Shown here piece by piece: positions 1 to 9,299 of a stretch of 64,000 nucleotides of DNA. How positions within the stretch are numbered: position 1 is the stretch's first letter; each line of letters opens with the position of its first letter. A program made the position numbers and the translations under genes. Below the pieces are notes generated by a model. The model worked only from the letters and a program-made list of their open reading frames with translations. It had not been told where the DNA came from and ran no database searches. Source of the stretch: Minisyncoccota bacterium (GTDB lineage Bacteria > Patescibacteriota > Minisyncoccia > Phycocordibacterales > JACRKE01); contig JBAZWG010000001.1 of assembly GCA_041660505.1 (NCBI GenBank), positions 115,979 through 179,978 of the forward strand, in the 5' to 3' direction.

Positions 1-1
1 C

Positions 2-973
2 CGGCGTTTCTATCGTGGCAGGGTCTTCCTCCACAGCCTCCTCGAGCGATTCTGCAAGCTTGTCTTCCTGTTTGTCTGCACCCAAGAAGTGATCGGGGTG
101 ATCGAACTTGAGCACTCCGCCAAAATGTTTTTCTAGTGATGTATTTACGAGATCTAAGAAATTGCGTAGGTCGTTGGTAGAAAAGTAATCGATAGTAACT
201 CTCCCGCCGAAATCTTTTGCTTCTATCTGCACGCGTGTACCAAGCTTCTCGGTGAGTCTCTCTTCCAGATCAAGCAATTCTGGATTGTTCACATATTCTT
301 TCTTGCGCGCTTTATCATAAGCAATTTTACGCGAGATGCGTTCTGCCTCGCGCACAGAAAGGCGTTTGACGATAATCTCCTTAAATAGCGTCATCTGCTC
401 TTCCGGCCTGTCGCCCAACATGAGGAGTGGCCGTGTGTGACCCTCATTAATCTTGCCGTCGCGCAAGGCCTGCTTCATCTCGTCGGGAAGCATCAAGAGG
501 CGAATAGTGTTCGATACATATTCTCGGCTCTTACCGATCTTCTTTGCAATCTCGATATGCTTAAGGCCGAACTCGCGGCAGAGTTTGTCAAAAGCCATTG
601 CCCTATCGAGGGCGCTGATGTCCTCGCGTTGGAGATTCTCAATAATAGCGAGCTCTAGTTTGATTTTGTCAGATTCCGCGTCGGCTTTAATAATGACCGG
701 GACCTGTGTGACGCCGGCGATCTTGGAAGCACGCAGACGGCGCTCCCCCGCGATGAGCTCATATTCGGTACTCAAACCATCTTCGTTAAAAATTTCTTTA
801 CGCGTAACCGTAAGCGGCTGCAATATGCCGTAAGCACGGATAGAGTCGGCCATATCCTTAAGCCGCGCTTCGTCGAACTCCCTGCGTGGCTGGAAAGGAT
901 TCGGCCGGATCTTGTTGACATCCACCCAGAATATAGAGTTCCCGAGAAATGGATTTTGTACTTCTTCTGCCAT
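2..973 (-). CDS. parB: ParB/Spo0J family chromosome partition protein (3' end runs off window)
   Basis: Manual translation from ATG at 973: IRPNPFQPRREF, YGILQPLTV, YELIAGERRLRAS, IIENLQREDI, HTH KIGKSREYVSNTIRLL. Confidence 0.92.
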   Translation of the reverse strand, partial: MAEEVQNPFLGNSIFWVDVNKIRPNPFQPRREFDEARLKDMADSIRAYGILQPLTVTRKEIFNEDGLSTEYELIAGERRLRASKIAGVTQVPVIIKADAESDKIKLELAIIENLQREDISALDRAMAFDKLCREFGLKHIEIAKKIGKSREYVSNTIRLLMLPDEMKQALRDGKINEGHTRPLLMLGDRPEEQMTLFKEIIVKRLSVREAERISRKIAYDKARKKEYVNNPELLDLEERLTEKLGTRVQIEAKDFGGRVTIDYFSTNDLRNFLDLVNTSLEKHFGGVLKFDHPDHFLGADKQEDKLAESLEEAVEEDPATIETP

Positions 974-1026
974 AGTGAGACTAATTATACACAAATCATC
1001 TTTTTTCTGCTAGTATTATCCAACAA

Positions 1027-1112
1027 GCCGGGGTGGCGTAATGGTAGCCGCACACGACTCAAAATCGTGTATCCGCAAGGGTGTGGGAGTTCGAGTCTCC
1101 CCCCCGGCACCA
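1027..1112 (+). tRNA. tRNA-Leu(CAA)
   Basis: Cloverleaf; anticodon arm CACGA-CTCAAAA-TCGTG, long variable arm, GTTCGAG T-loop, encoded CCA. Confidence 0.95.
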
Positions 1113-1117
1113 GAATC

Positions 1118-1330
1118 ATGACAGAATTACTAATTCCTCAAGAGATTATACCGGAATCTGTTCGACAAGATATTGAGCGGGAATTTCCTGAATTTTCCGG
1201 CGCAAAAATCGAGTATACCGGTAAGCCGCATCTATATAAAGCTTACCAGAGAACTTCCATGAAATATACCGTGCGTATTTCCAAGGATTGTGACAAGTTT
1301 ATTCAATTAGTTAATTTTTATAAGAACTAA
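1118..1330 (+). CDS. Small hypothetical protein (70 aa)
   Basis: ATG 6 nt after the tRNA, AT-rich; the track's longer ORF (956) overlaps the tRNA and is unlikely. Confidence 0.4.
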   Translation: MTELLIPQEIIPESVRQDIEREFPEFSGAKIEYTGKPHLYKAYQRTSMKYTVRISKDCDKFIQLVNFYKN

Positions 1331-1337
1331 AAATTAT

Positions 1338-1772
1338 ATGGAAAATCTACCGACTGAATCTAAAGATATCGCAAATGAAAGTTATCGAAAAAATGCAGAT
1401 GCTTCAATCGAAAAAACGGGTCTGCATGCTGACGCTTTCAACGCATGGATGGGCATCATGCAGTTTTCAAGAAATCAGAATCCAGACGACAATGCAATAA
1501 AATCGCTAAGAACATACTTCCCCATTCCCAAATACGGAGAACGTTATGGAGTTTATTTAAACGACGACGGTACGGTGAACGAACGACAGTCCTCATTAAA
1601 TCTTTACATCAGAAATAGCAGTAATCCTGAAAAGGTTCGAGAATATAATGATCTCGCCGATGAAGTAAATGCTGATCTCGAGCGCATGATTATGGAGAAG
1701 GACACACGTAAAGCTGCAGAATATTTTCAAAAAATCCACAAGCTACTCTATGGACGGGAGTATGCAAGATAA
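1338..1772 (+). CDS. Hypothetical protein
   Basis: 144 aa ORF with acidic ME.. start typical of CPR orphans; no motif recognised. Confidence 0.65.
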   Translation: MENLPTESKDIANESYRKNADASIEKTGLHADAFNAWMGIMQFSRNQNPDDNAIKSLRTYFPIPKYGERYGVYLNDDGTVNERQSSLNLYIRNSSNPEKVREYNDLADEVNADLERMIMEKDTRKAAEYFQKIHKLLYGREYAR

Positions 1773-2667
1773 ACTTCTAGTAGTCCTCGGTCCGACAGCG
1801 ACCGGTAAATCCGCTCTCGCTGTTTCGCTCGCCCTCAAATTCAACGGTGAGGTTATTTCGGCCGACTCGCGGCAGGTTTACTGCAGAATGGATATTGGCA
1901 CGGGCAAGATTACTCATGACGAGATGCGAGGCGTAAAACATCATTTGCTTGATGTTGCAGAACCTGACGAAAATTTTAGCGTTGCCACTTATCAAGAACT
2001 TGCGAGGGCTGCAATTACTGATATTCAATCCCTTGGGAAGTTGCCGATACTTTGCGGCGGGACGGGATTATACATTAAGGCAATAACACAGAACAGCTCC
2101 CTGCCGAAGGTGCCGCCGAATTTTGAACTGCGAGAAGAGCTCGAGACCTGGGATACTGCAGATATGGTAGTAGAGCTCGAAAAACTAGACCCCAACCGCG
2201 CCGAGAATATTGATAAAAATAACCGCCGCCGACTTGTGCGGGCGATAGAAATTGCGCGTGCAATCGGCGAGGTGCCAGAACTCATAGAATCCTCTGCATA
2301 TGACACTCTATATATAGGCCTGCAAGTGCACGGCCCGATTTTAAAAAAGCGCATTCATGATCGCCTCATTGCGCGTATGGATGCGAGGATGATCGAAGAG
2401 GTTGAGAGCCTTCACACATCAGGCGTCAGCTGGAAAAAGCTTGAGTCGTTCGGCCTGGAATATAAATACGTCTCGTTATTTTTACAACACACACTAAATA
2501 GAGAGCAGATGATAATAAAGCTTGAATCAGAGATCTGGCAATACGCCAAACGTCAGATGACGTGGTTTAAAAAGTACGCGCCTGATACGAAATGGTTCAA
2601 TCCGGAAGATCGTGAAGAAATCGAGGAAATAGTCTCGCATTGGGTTTCCCTATCTCCCAACTCCTAA
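1762..2667 (+). CDS. miaA: tRNA dimethylallyltransferase
   Basis: GPTATGKS P-loop, ISADSRQVY, DIGTGK, GGTGLY, YAKRQMTWF. Confidence 0.97.
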   Translation: MQDKLLVVLGPTATGKSALAVSLALKFNGEVISADSRQVYCRMDIGTGKITHDEMRGVKHHLLDVAEPDENFSVATYQELARAAITDIQSLGKLPILCGGTGLYIKAITQNSSLPKVPPNFELREELETWDTADMVVELEKLDPNRAENIDKNNRRRLVRAIEIARAIGEVPELIESSAYDTLYIGLQVHGPILKKRIHDRLIARMDARMIEEVESLHTSGVSWKKLESFGLEYKYVSLFLQHTLNREQMIIKLESEIWQYAKRQMTWFKKYAPDTKWFNPEDREEIEEIVSHWVSLSPNS

Positions 2668-2867
2668 CTCCTATCTCCCAACTCCTTCTTCACTTCCTCG
2701 AATTCATTCTCGACATCTTTGAGTCTCGATTTGAGATCTTTGATTAATACGGCAGCCGTCTTCACTTTCTCGAGTCCGGCCTCTACGTCTATATCCTTCT
2801 GCTCCTCGAACCAGCTCGAAATCTTCTCAAGCTTATCAAGTGATTCTTTTATATTCTGCTTTTTCAT
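2664..2867 (-). CDS. xseB: Exodeoxyribonuclease VII small subunit
   Basis: 67 aa helical protein (LDKLEKI..DVEAGL) directly after xseA. Confidence 0.85.
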   Translation of the reverse strand: MKKQNIKESLDKLEKISSWFEEQKDIDVEAGLEKVKTAAVLIKDLKSRLKDVENEFEEVKKELGDRS

Positions 2868-3982
2868 ATTTTTATAACTTTACTGATAATTTCCCCGTCA
2901 CCAAGTTCTATATTTAATTCCGCGCCAAGTTTAGCTTGCTTAACACTCTTTAGCACCTTTCCCCCGCTCCTCACTATACTATATCCCAGCCTCAAATTCC
3001 TGGCCGGGTCAAGCAGTGTCACGAGCTGCGCGCATCTCTTTAATTCTGTCTGCGCATCTTCTAGCATCTGGCTAAATTGCGCGGAGATAACTTTTCCCAG
3101 ACCTGTTACAGATTCTTTAATTCTACTCATATCCAAATAAGCAAGCGTGTTGCGTTCATATATTGGCAGTAAACTTTCAAGCCTGTTCCATGACTCGTTC
3201 ACAGCATGTGCGGCGCCGGTCGGCGTCGACTCTTCTCTATCCGCCACGAGCGAGGCAATAGGCACATCCACATCATGACCGATACCGGCGATTATAGGAA
3301 TGTTCGAGGCGAATATCGCCCGCGCCACAGCTTCGTTATTAAATGCCTGCATACTCTCGAGACTCCCACCACCTCTGATTATTACCAGTATATCAAGATT
3401 GTACTTTTTATTTTGAAGCTCGTGTATCGCCTCTACAATTTGGCCGACAGCATCGGCGCCCTCGACTCGCGCATCTTTAAAAATAATCTTATATCCGCGC
3501 TTATCGAGATTCTGTTTGAAGTCATGAATAACCACACCATGCTTCGACGATATAACTCCAATGCGCTCGATAAATTCCGGTAGTTCGCGCTTGCGGGTAA
3601 ATAGTCCTTCTTCTCTTAATTTTTTGACGAGCAATTCATACGCTTTTTTTAGCGAGCCCTCGCCCAAGGGTTCTATCGTCTCTACCCAGAAGCCAAACGA
3701 ACCATACGCTTTATTTATACTCGGAGAACCGGAGATCTTTATTTCCATGCCGTCTTCGATCTGTACGCCGATCTGATTATAGAGCCAGGCGCCCATCACG
3801 CATTTGAGCAGAGAATTATCATCTTTGTCTTTAAGCGAGAATGATATCCACTTCCCCTTCTTAAAGTCGGTCACTTCGCCCCTGACCAGTGCCTTGTCGT
3901 GCTTCAATACATAGTTGACCGCATCCAAGAACTCACTGACGGTAAATAATGGCTGTGCGGGGTTGTTTTCGTCGAGTTCCAT
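2864..3982 (-). CDS. xseA: Exodeoxyribonuclease VII large subunit
   Basis: VRGEV OB fold, IIRGGGSLE, GIGHDVD, ADREESTPTGAA, LRLGYSIV. Confidence 0.96.
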   Translation of the reverse strand: MELDENNPAQPLFTVSEFLDAVNYVLKHDKALVRGEVTDFKKGKWISFSLKDKDDNSLLKCVMGAWLYNQIGVQIEDGMEIKISGSPSINKAYGSFGFWVETIEPLGEGSLKKAYELLVKKLREEGLFTRKRELPEFIERIGVISSKHGVVIHDFKQNLDKRGYKIIFKDARVEGADAVGQIVEAIHELQNKKYNLDILVIIRGGGSLESMQAFNNEAVARAIFASNIPIIAGIGHDVDVPIASLVADREESTPTGAAHAVNESWNRLESLLPIYERNTLAYLDMSRIKESVTGLGKVISAQFSQMLEDAQTELKRCAQLVTLLDPARNLRLGYSIVRSGGKVLKSVKQAKLGAELNIELGDGEIISKVIKI

Positions 3983-4075
3983 GGGTTAAGCTTACCACCT
4001 GTGACAAAAGTTGCCAAACGACGTATTTTGTAGTATCATCTAATAACTAAAAACTACCAACTAAAAACTATCCCA

Positions 4076-4234
4076 ATGTCCCAAGACCGACTTTTCAAAT
4101 TAGCCTGCAAGACGTGCAAGCACGAGAACTACTTTACGTCCAAGAATAAGAAGAAAGTTGAACGCAAAATTGAGCTCAAGAAGTTTTGCAAGTGGTGCAA
4201 GAAGCAGACCCCGCATAAAGAAAAGAAAATCTAG
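4076..4234 (+). CDS. rpmG: 50S ribosomal protein L33 (Zn-binding type), missed by ORF track
   Basis: Manual translation MSQDRLFKLACKTCKHENYFTSKNKKKVERKIELKKFCKWCKKQTPHKEKKI. Confidence 0.96.
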   Translation: MSQDRLFKLACKTCKHENYFTSKNKKKVERKIELKKFCKWCKKQTPHKEKKI

Positions 4235-4244
4235 CTCGATTTTC

Positions 4245-4280
4245 GAGGTTCGACCTTAAGCACAAAAAAGGTCGAACCTC
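4245..4280. repeat. REP doublet (AGG-N5-CCT family)
   Basis: GAGGTTCGACCTT-N10-AAGGTCGAACCTC. Confidence 0.8.
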
Positions 4281-4345
4281 TGGAATGGTTTCGCATTCTC
4301 TGGTATAGTTAAAAGCGCCGAAAGGCGCTTTGGTGTTTAAATCTT

Positions 4346-4416
4346 GGGGGATTAGTTTAGTGGCAGAACAAGCGTCTCCAAAACGCTAGGCGAAGTTTCG
4401 ATTACTTCATCCCCCG
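4346..4416 (+). tRNA. tRNA-Trp(CCA)
   Basis: Anticodon arm AGCGT-CTCCAAA-ACGCT; acceptor GGGGGAT/ATCCCCC. Confidence 0.92.
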
Positions 4417-4429
4417 CCCTCGAAATTTT

Positions 4430-5434
4430 ATGTTAACCCCGACTAATTGGAAAGATTATGAGCTCATCGACTCCGGTGACGGAATGAAGCTGGAGCGTTG
4501 GGGCAAGTATGTTCTGGCACGGCCTGACCCACAGACTCTATGGCAGAAGGAGCGGCCGGAACTTTGGAATACTGCGGTGGGAGTTTATACGCGTAGTACC
4601 TCCGGTGGCGGCTCTTGGAGGTTTACAAAGGAACTGCCCGAGCGATGGAAGATTTCGTACAAACTAGAAGGCGAGGCCTTCTTGATGCCCAAGGCCTCGC
4701 CTTCTAGTTTGAGTTTCTGGGTGCGCCCGACAGACTTTAAACATACCGGATTATTTCCGGAACAGGCAGTGAATTGGGGCTGGCTGCGCGACACAATAGG
4801 AGCTAGGAGTTTGGAGTTAGGAGTTGGGGCAGAGAAAATTTCCGTGCTTAATCTCTTTGCCTATACGGGGGCGGCAACAGTCGCCTGTGCTTCGGCAGGT
4901 GCTAGGGTGACACACGTGGATGCTTCCAAGGGCGTCGTGACCTGGGCGCGCGAGAACTTAGAGTTAAACCAAGCCTCACCCCTAACCCCTCCCCGAAAGG
5001 GAAGGGAAACTCTCAAGAATCCCCCCTCTCCTTCGGAGAGGGGGCAAGGGGGTGAGGTGAGTGTGCGCTGGATCGTTGATGATGTCTTCAAATTCGTGGA
5101 GCGTGAGGCAAAGCGCGGTGTCAAATACGACGGCATTATTATGGACCCACCATCCTACGGTCGTGGTACCAAGGGAGAGACATGGAAGATAGAGAAAATG
5201 CTCTGGCCACTCGTCAAAGAGTGCGTCACCGTACTTTCTGATAAGCCTCTGTTCTTTTTAATTAACTCATACACATCAGGACTACCCGCAACAGTCATGA
5301 GCAACTTACTTGAGAGCGCGATGAAAGGCAAGGGTGGTAGTGTTCATTCCGAGGAGCTCGGCTTAAAAGGCTCTGCAACGGGAAGAATTTTACCGGCTGG
5401 AGTGACCGCAAGATGGCAGCAAAAGTCCTCGTAG
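4430..5434 (+). CDS. Class I SAM-dependent methyltransferase (RlmI/RlmK-like) with three repeat-derived insertions
   Basis: DYELIDSGDGMKLERWG, HTGLFPEQ, VLNLFAYTGAA, IIMDPPSYG. Confidence 0.88.
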   Translation: MLTPTNWKDYELIDSGDGMKLERWGKYVLARPDPQTLWQKERPELWNTAVGVYTRSTSGGGSWRFTKELPERWKISYKLEGEAFLMPKASPSSLSFWVRPTDFKHTGLFPEQAVNWGWLRDTIGARSLELGVGAEKISVLNLFAYTGAATVACASAGARVTHVDASKGVVTWARENLELNQASPLTPPRKGRETLKNPPSPSERGQGGEVSVRWIVDDVFKFVEREAKRGVKYDGIIMDPPSYGRGTKGETWKIEKMLWPLVKECVTVLSDKPLFFLINSYTSGLPATVMSNLLESAMKGKGGSVHSEELGLKGSATGRILPAGVTARWQQKSS

Positions 5435-5496
5435 TCTAATGGATAGAATACTCCCCTCCGAAGGGAGTGATGTGGGTTCGATTCCCGCCGAGGACA
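5425..5496 (+). tRNA. tRNA-Arg(CCG)
   Basis: Anticodon arm CTCCC-CTCCGAA-GGGAG; GTTCGAT T-loop. Confidence 0.93.
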
Positions 5497-5498
5497 TA

Positions 5499-5990
5499 TC
5501 AAAGCTTTTTGACGTAAGCAGAAAACTTTTTTTCAGTTCCAGAAACTAGTACAAGTTCATCTGGTTTTTTACCAAGATCGCCCGACGAAAGCTTAAGAAA
5601 AACTCCGTTTGGCTTCAGAACGCGAAAAATTTCACTAAGCATTTCTTCCTGATTCTGATTATATAATCCTTGATGAAAAACGCCGGCCGCAATAATGACG
5701 TCAAAAGAATTTTCAATAAACGGCAGTCTCTCAATTCTTGCTTCTACTATGCCGGCCTTGTTTTCTCCTCGCGAACGTATTTCTACGCCAAATGCATCTA
5801 TACCGTGGCTTCTTAAATCTGAAACCATGGTGCCATCACCCGATCCGACATCAAGAACTTTTGATTTTGATAAGTCTATCTCTGGTAAACCGAATTTCTC
5901 AAGCCAATGATTAATTTCTTCGTAACGCCACGTGAACGCATCCTCAGCAGCATTCGGCACTCTCACTATGTCTCGTGGCGAACCTTCCAT
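5499..5990 (-). CDS. Class I SAM-dependent methyltransferase (Methyltransf_11-like)
   Basis: VLDVGSGDG, LPFIENSFDVI, EIFRVLKPNG. Confidence 0.85.
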   Translation of the reverse strand: MEGSPRDIVRVPNAAEDAFTWRYEEINHWLEKFGLPEIDLSKSKVLDVGSGDGTMVSDLRSHGIDAFGVEIRSRGENKAGIVEARIERLPFIENSFDVIIAAGVFHQGLYNQNQEEMLSEIFRVLKPNGVFLKLSSGDLGKKPDELVLVSGTEKKFSAYVKKL

Positions 5991-6082
5991 AGTAAATACT
6001 ATATCACAATAAAATCGATAACACCAAACAAGCTTTGCTAAAATTTACAGAGTGGCCACCAGAAAACATCGACTAAACTTTA

Positions 6083-6166
6083 TGCGTAGGGAAGGATTCG
6101 AACCTTCGTAGCCCATAGGGCGAGAGATTTACAGTCTCTTGCATTTGACCGCTCTGCCACCTACGC
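6083..6166 (-). tRNA. tRNA-Tyr(GTA)
   Basis: Anticodon arm AGAGA-CTGTAAA-TCTCT, long variable arm. Confidence 0.95.
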
Positions 6167-6209
6167 GAGACCAATATACTAACAAATTTTTCTGGCTTTG
6201 TCTTGCTAC

Positions 6210-6497
6210 TTATTTGTTCCCTTCGTTTCGTATCTCGCGTATATCTCTCTTGACGACTTCTGCCACGTCTCCGCCGATTTTAAGACCATTTTTGAGTCCG
6301 GCCTTAAACAGTCTGACTCCTTCCTTGCCGGCCTTCTTGGCGGCCACTTCAAACTCTGCTTGATATTTCTTGCGTTCCGGTTCTGACGCCTTCCATTTTT
6401 TCTGGATTACCTTCGCTGCTTTGTTTGCTTCTTTACCTGCTTTTTTGGCGACGGAACGTATTTTCTTGATTACTTTTTTGCCTTTTGTGTTTTTCAT
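6210..6497 (-). CDS. Small Lys/Ala-rich basic hypothetical protein
   Basis: ORF after clpB with a repeated AKKAGKE motif. Confidence 0.55.
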   Translation of the reverse strand: MKNTKGKKVIKKIRSVAKKAGKEANKAAKVIQKKWKASEPERKKYQAEFEVAAKKAGKEGVRLFKAGLKNGLKIGGDVAEVVKRDIREIRNEGNK

Positions 6498-6520
6498 GTT
6501 CTTTTTGTTATTACACATTA

Positions 6521-9220
6521 TTATTTTCTTTGTGTCGCGCGCTTCGATTGAATTGGCGACAGTTGAGACGCCTTCATCTCTTTGGCCAGGGTTACGACGA
6601 TCTTGCCGTCTTGCTCGTCTACAAACACGGTTCCCCCGCCGACCAGTTGCTTCTTGATTATGAATTCGGAAATGGGATTGAGAATACTGCTTTGGATGGC
6701 GCGCTTAAGCGGACGTACGCCATAATTCGGGTCGTAACCCTTCTCTGCGAGCGTGGTGACAGCCTTGTCTGACATTTTTATAATAATATTCTGCACAGCC
6801 AAACGTTTCTCGGTAAATGCCATCTGCACGCGCACGATATCTTTGATCGTATTAAGCGAGAGTTTATTGAAGATAATTATCTCATCGAGACGATTTAGGA
6901 ATTCGGGGCGGAAGTGTTCCTTAAGCGAGAGCATTACGCGATCCTTCTGCGCATCATCTACGCCGTCAGAAGTAATATTGCCAAAGCCGATAGTCGGCAG
7001 ACGGTTTAGGAATTCCGAACCGAGATTCGAGGTCAGAATGATTATTGTGTTCTTGAAGTTGACGAAGCGCCCCTTGGAGTCCGTGAGCCTGCCGTTATCC
7101 AAAACTTGGAGAAGAATATTAAATACCTCCGGATGTGCCTTCTCGATCTCATCGAAAAGTACAATAGAATACGGCCGGTGACGCACCGCCTCGGTGAGTG
7201 TCCCCGACTCTTCATAACCCACATAGCCCGGGGGCGAGCCGATAAGCTTCGACACGGAATGGCGCTCCATATACTCCGACATGTCGACACGAATAATTGC
7301 CTTCTCGTCGTTGAACATAAAGTCGGCAAGTGATTTGGCCAGTTCTGTTTTACCAACGCCCGTCGGACCAAGGAAGATGAATGACCCTATCGGTCTGTCC
7401 GGATCGCCGATGCCAGCGCGCGAACGTTTAATCGACTCTGATATTTTTTTGATAGCCTCGTCCTGGCCGATAACACGTTTACGCAGCTCATCCTCTATTC
7501 TGGAGAGCTTCTCGCTTTCTGCCTCAAGCATTCGCTGAACCGGTATCCCTGTCCAACGCGAGACCACGGCCGAAACGTCTTCCTCGCGGATCTCTTCCTT
7601 AAGAACGCGAGTGTCCGACTTTATGAGTTTGAGCTGTTCTTCTTGGATATGCAACTCTTTCTCCTTTGCTGGGATTTTGCCGTAACGAATCTCCGCAGCC
7701 TTGGTCAGGTCAGACTTCATCTCCGCAGCCTCGGCTTCCAGGCGGAGCGACTCGAGTTCCTTGCGAATGGCGCGAATGAGGAGAAGGTTGTCGTGCTCCT
7801 TCTGCCAGCGCGTTTGGAGCTCGGCTGTTGCGTCTTTTTGCGCTTTGATATCCCTCTCGATAACTTTAATGCGTTTCTTGGCCTCTTTGCTCGCGTCTTT
7901 GTTGTCTATTGCGGTCGCTTCTTTGGTCAGCGCTTCTTTCTCTATCTCGAGCCGCATCACCTTACGGTCGGTATCAGAGAGCAAGGCAGGCTTGTCTTCA
8001 AGTTGTAAGCGAATAGATGCGGCCGCCTCGTCAATAAGGTCAATGGCTTTATCAGGCAAGTATCTATCAGTAATATACCTGCTCGAGAGTTCAACTGCGG
8101 CTACAAGCGCTTCGTCGGTTATACGAACGCCATGATGCAACTCGTACTTTTCTTTAAGTCCGCGCAAGATGGAAACCGCGTCTTCTTGGGACGGTTCGCC
8201 TACATAAACCGGCTGGAAGCGCCGTGCCAATGCCGGATCACGTTCGATATACTTCTGATATTCTTTAAGCGTCGTGGCGCCAATCACACGGAGCTCGCCG
8301 CGCGCTAGCGCCGGCTTGAGCATGTTAGATGCGTCCATCGAGCCTTCAGCGGCGCCGGCGCCAACCAAAGTATGTATCTCGTCAACAAAGAGAATTATCT
8401 TCCCGGCCGCCTTCTCCACCTCTTTAATAACACCCTTTAGGCGCTCTTCGAATTCGCCACGATATTTACTGCCGGCAACGAGCAAGCCCAAGTCGAGCGA
8501 AATTATCTCTTTATCCTTCAGTAAATTCGGAATGTCGCCCTTGGCAATTCTATTGGCTAGACCTTCCGCCACAGCCGTTTTGCCGGTACCTGCCTCGCCG
8601 ATTAGTATTGGATTATTTTTCGTTCGGCGCGAGAGGATTTCCATGATCCTGCGCGTCTCCTCATCTCGGCCGATTACCGGGTCGAGCTTGTCTTGAGCGG
8701 CGAGGCGCGTCAGATTGCGCGCATATTTCTCGAGCAGTTTGTTTTTCTTGGTCGGTGAAGTGGCATCGGTTATTTTGGTCTGTTTGAGTTCGTTTACGAC
8801 ACGGTAGGCATCTTCTTTTTGTATTCTGAAACGCGAGAGCAGTTCCTTAGCCTGGCTCGGGATTTCAAGAAGGGCGAGGAATAAATGTTCGAGACCGATA
8901 AAATCATCTTTAAGATATGCGGCAATTTTGCCGGCGGCATCCAACACTCTTACCAATTCCGGAGTCAAATATATTTGGTATGCGGGCGATACGGTTGTGG
9001 CTGTCTCTGGCGACTCCATCGCCTCCATTACATGGTCGCCGAACAAGAGCGGGTCAACGCCCAACTTCTCAATTAGTGCGAAGATGAACGGATCTTCTTG
9101 CGTTACGATAGAAGCCAACAGATGAATAGGCGCAACCTGGTTCTGCCCGCGTTCAATAATAACCTCGTGAGCCTTACGGATCGCCTCCTTGGCTTTAGTT
9201 GTGAAATTCCCAAATGGCAT
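6521..9220 (-). CDS. clpB: ATP-dependent chaperone ClpB
   Basis: Clp N domain, two AAA+ modules ([16 protein letters not shown]), long middle coiled coil ([10 protein letters not shown]). Confidence 0.95.
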   Translation of the reverse strand: MPFGNFTTKAKEAIRKAHEVIIERGQNQVAPIHLLASIVTQEDPFIFALIEKLGVDPLLFGDHVMEAMESPETATTVSPAYQIYLTPELVRVLDAAGKIAAYLKDDFIGLEHLFLALLEIPSQAKELLSRFRIQKEDAYRVVNELKQTKITDATSPTKKNKLLEKYARNLTRLAAQDKLDPVIGRDEETRRIMEILSRRTKNNPILIGEAGTGKTAVAEGLANRIAKGDIPNLLKDKEIISLDLGLLVAGSKYRGEFEERLKGVIKEVEKAAGKIILFVDEIHTLVGAGAAEGSMDASNMLKPALARGELRVIGATTLKEYQKYIERDPALARRFQPVYVGEPSQEDAVSILRGLKEKYELHHGVRITDEALVAAVELSSRYITDRYLPDKAIDLIDEAAASIRLQLEDKPALLSDTDRKVMRLEIEKEALTKEATAIDNKDASKEAKKRIKVIERDIKAQKDATAELQTRWQKEHDNLLLIRAIRKELESLRLEAEAAEMKSDLTKAAEIRYGKIPAKEKELHIQEEQLKLIKSDTRVLKEEIREEDVSAVVSRWTGIPVQRMLEAESEKLSRIEDELRKRVIGQDEAIKKISESIKRSRAGIGDPDRPIGSFIFLGPTGVGKTELAKSLADFMFNDEKAIIRVDMSEYMERHSVSKLIGSPPGYVGYEESGTLTEAVRHRPYSIVLFDEIEKAHPEVFNILLQVLDNGRLTDSKGRFVNFKNTIIILTSNLGSEFLNRLPTIGFGNITSDGVDDAQKDRVMLSLKEHFRPEFLNRLDEIIIFNKLSLNTIKDIVRVQMAFTEKRLAVQNIIIKMSDKAVTTLAEKGYDPNYGVRPLKRAIQSSILNPISEFIIKKQLVGGGTVFVDEQDGKIVVTLAKEMKASQLSPIQSKRATQRK

Positions 9221-9229
9221 AATCGTGGG

Positions 9230-9273
9230 TGCCGAGGTTCAACCTTGAGCATCTTAAAGGTTGAACCTCGGCA
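9230..9273. repeat. REP doublet (AGG-N5-CCT family)
   Basis: TGCCGAGGTTCAACCTT-N10-AAGGTTGAACCTCGGCA, 17-bp perfect inverted repeat. Confidence 0.85.
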
Positions 9274-9299
9274 GTCATTAATTGCTCAAACAATCTATT

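Noticed and set aside
1118-1772. AT-rich orphans after tRNA-Leu as a prophage or integrative element
   Set aside because: No integrase and no duplicated tRNA 3' end (att site) found
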